Source: Podarcis melisellensis
Lineage: Eukaryota
Reading direction: 5' to 3' (one strand)
Assembly: GCA_964234715.1 (NCBI GenBank)
Contig: OZ174275.1
Length of the DNA stretch: 64,000 nucleotides
Part shown: piece after piece, positions 63,836 to 64,000 of the stretch
Numbering within the stretch: the stretch's first letter is position 1
Layout: every line of letters starts with the position of its first letter
The notes under the pieces: generated by a model
Told to the model about the DNA's origin: nothing
Databases searched by the model: none
The model's input: the letters and a program-made list of their open reading frames with translations, nothing else
Made by a program: the position numbers and the translations under genes

Positions 63836-64000
63836 ATGTAACTGGATACAGAATTACTACTGTCCCTACAAATGGACAACAAGGTTTCACTCTAGAGGAA
63901 GAGGTTGATGCTGAACAGACATCCTGCACCTTTGAAAATCTGAGTCCTGGAGTGGAATACAATGTCAGTGTTTACACAGTCAAAGATGACCAGGAGAGCT
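63836..64000 (+). CDS. FN1: FN1 exon 24 (FnIII-7b), partial
   Basis: [54 protein letters not shown]; includes the FnIII-7 free Cys; runs off the window end. Confidence 0.97.

Noticed and set aside
63836-64000. Apparent absence of EDB, RGD, EDA and IIICS
   Set aside because: These lie downstream of FnIII-7, outside the window; not a gene truncation.

Overview
Eukaryotic (vertebrate) genomic DNA. The repeat content (Sauria SINE, BovB, squamate L2/CR1, hAT and Tigger-like MITEs) points to a squamate, probably a lacertid lizard; the taxon is inferred. Bases 1 to ~22,300 are repeat-rich intergenic sequence with a 199-N assembly gap and no recognisable gene. From ~22,400 lies the CpG-island promoter of fibronectin 1 (FN1; CRE-like, CCAAT and TATA elements). 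It is followed by FN1 coding exons 1-23 and part of exon 24 on the + strand (ATG at 23248; 3,769 coding nt, ~1,256 codons; all introns GT-AG; no frameshifts or stops). These encode the signal/propeptide, FnI1-6, FnII1-2, FnI7-9 and FnIII1-7; the EDB exon would lie just beyond the window. I found no convincing new gene system. The best second-look items are: an MSF-like read-through tail after the FnIII1a exon; two TE fossils in the FN1 CpG island that appear GC-shifted; a one-ended Tigger-like element built from five consecutive hairpins; an ENE-like U-rich internal loop in an unclassified repeat; and substitutions in known functional FN motifs (QAQQ>QAQH, IGD>VGD, KLDAPT>RLDGPT). Comparisons with human sequence and repeat consensuses are from memory and should be verified.
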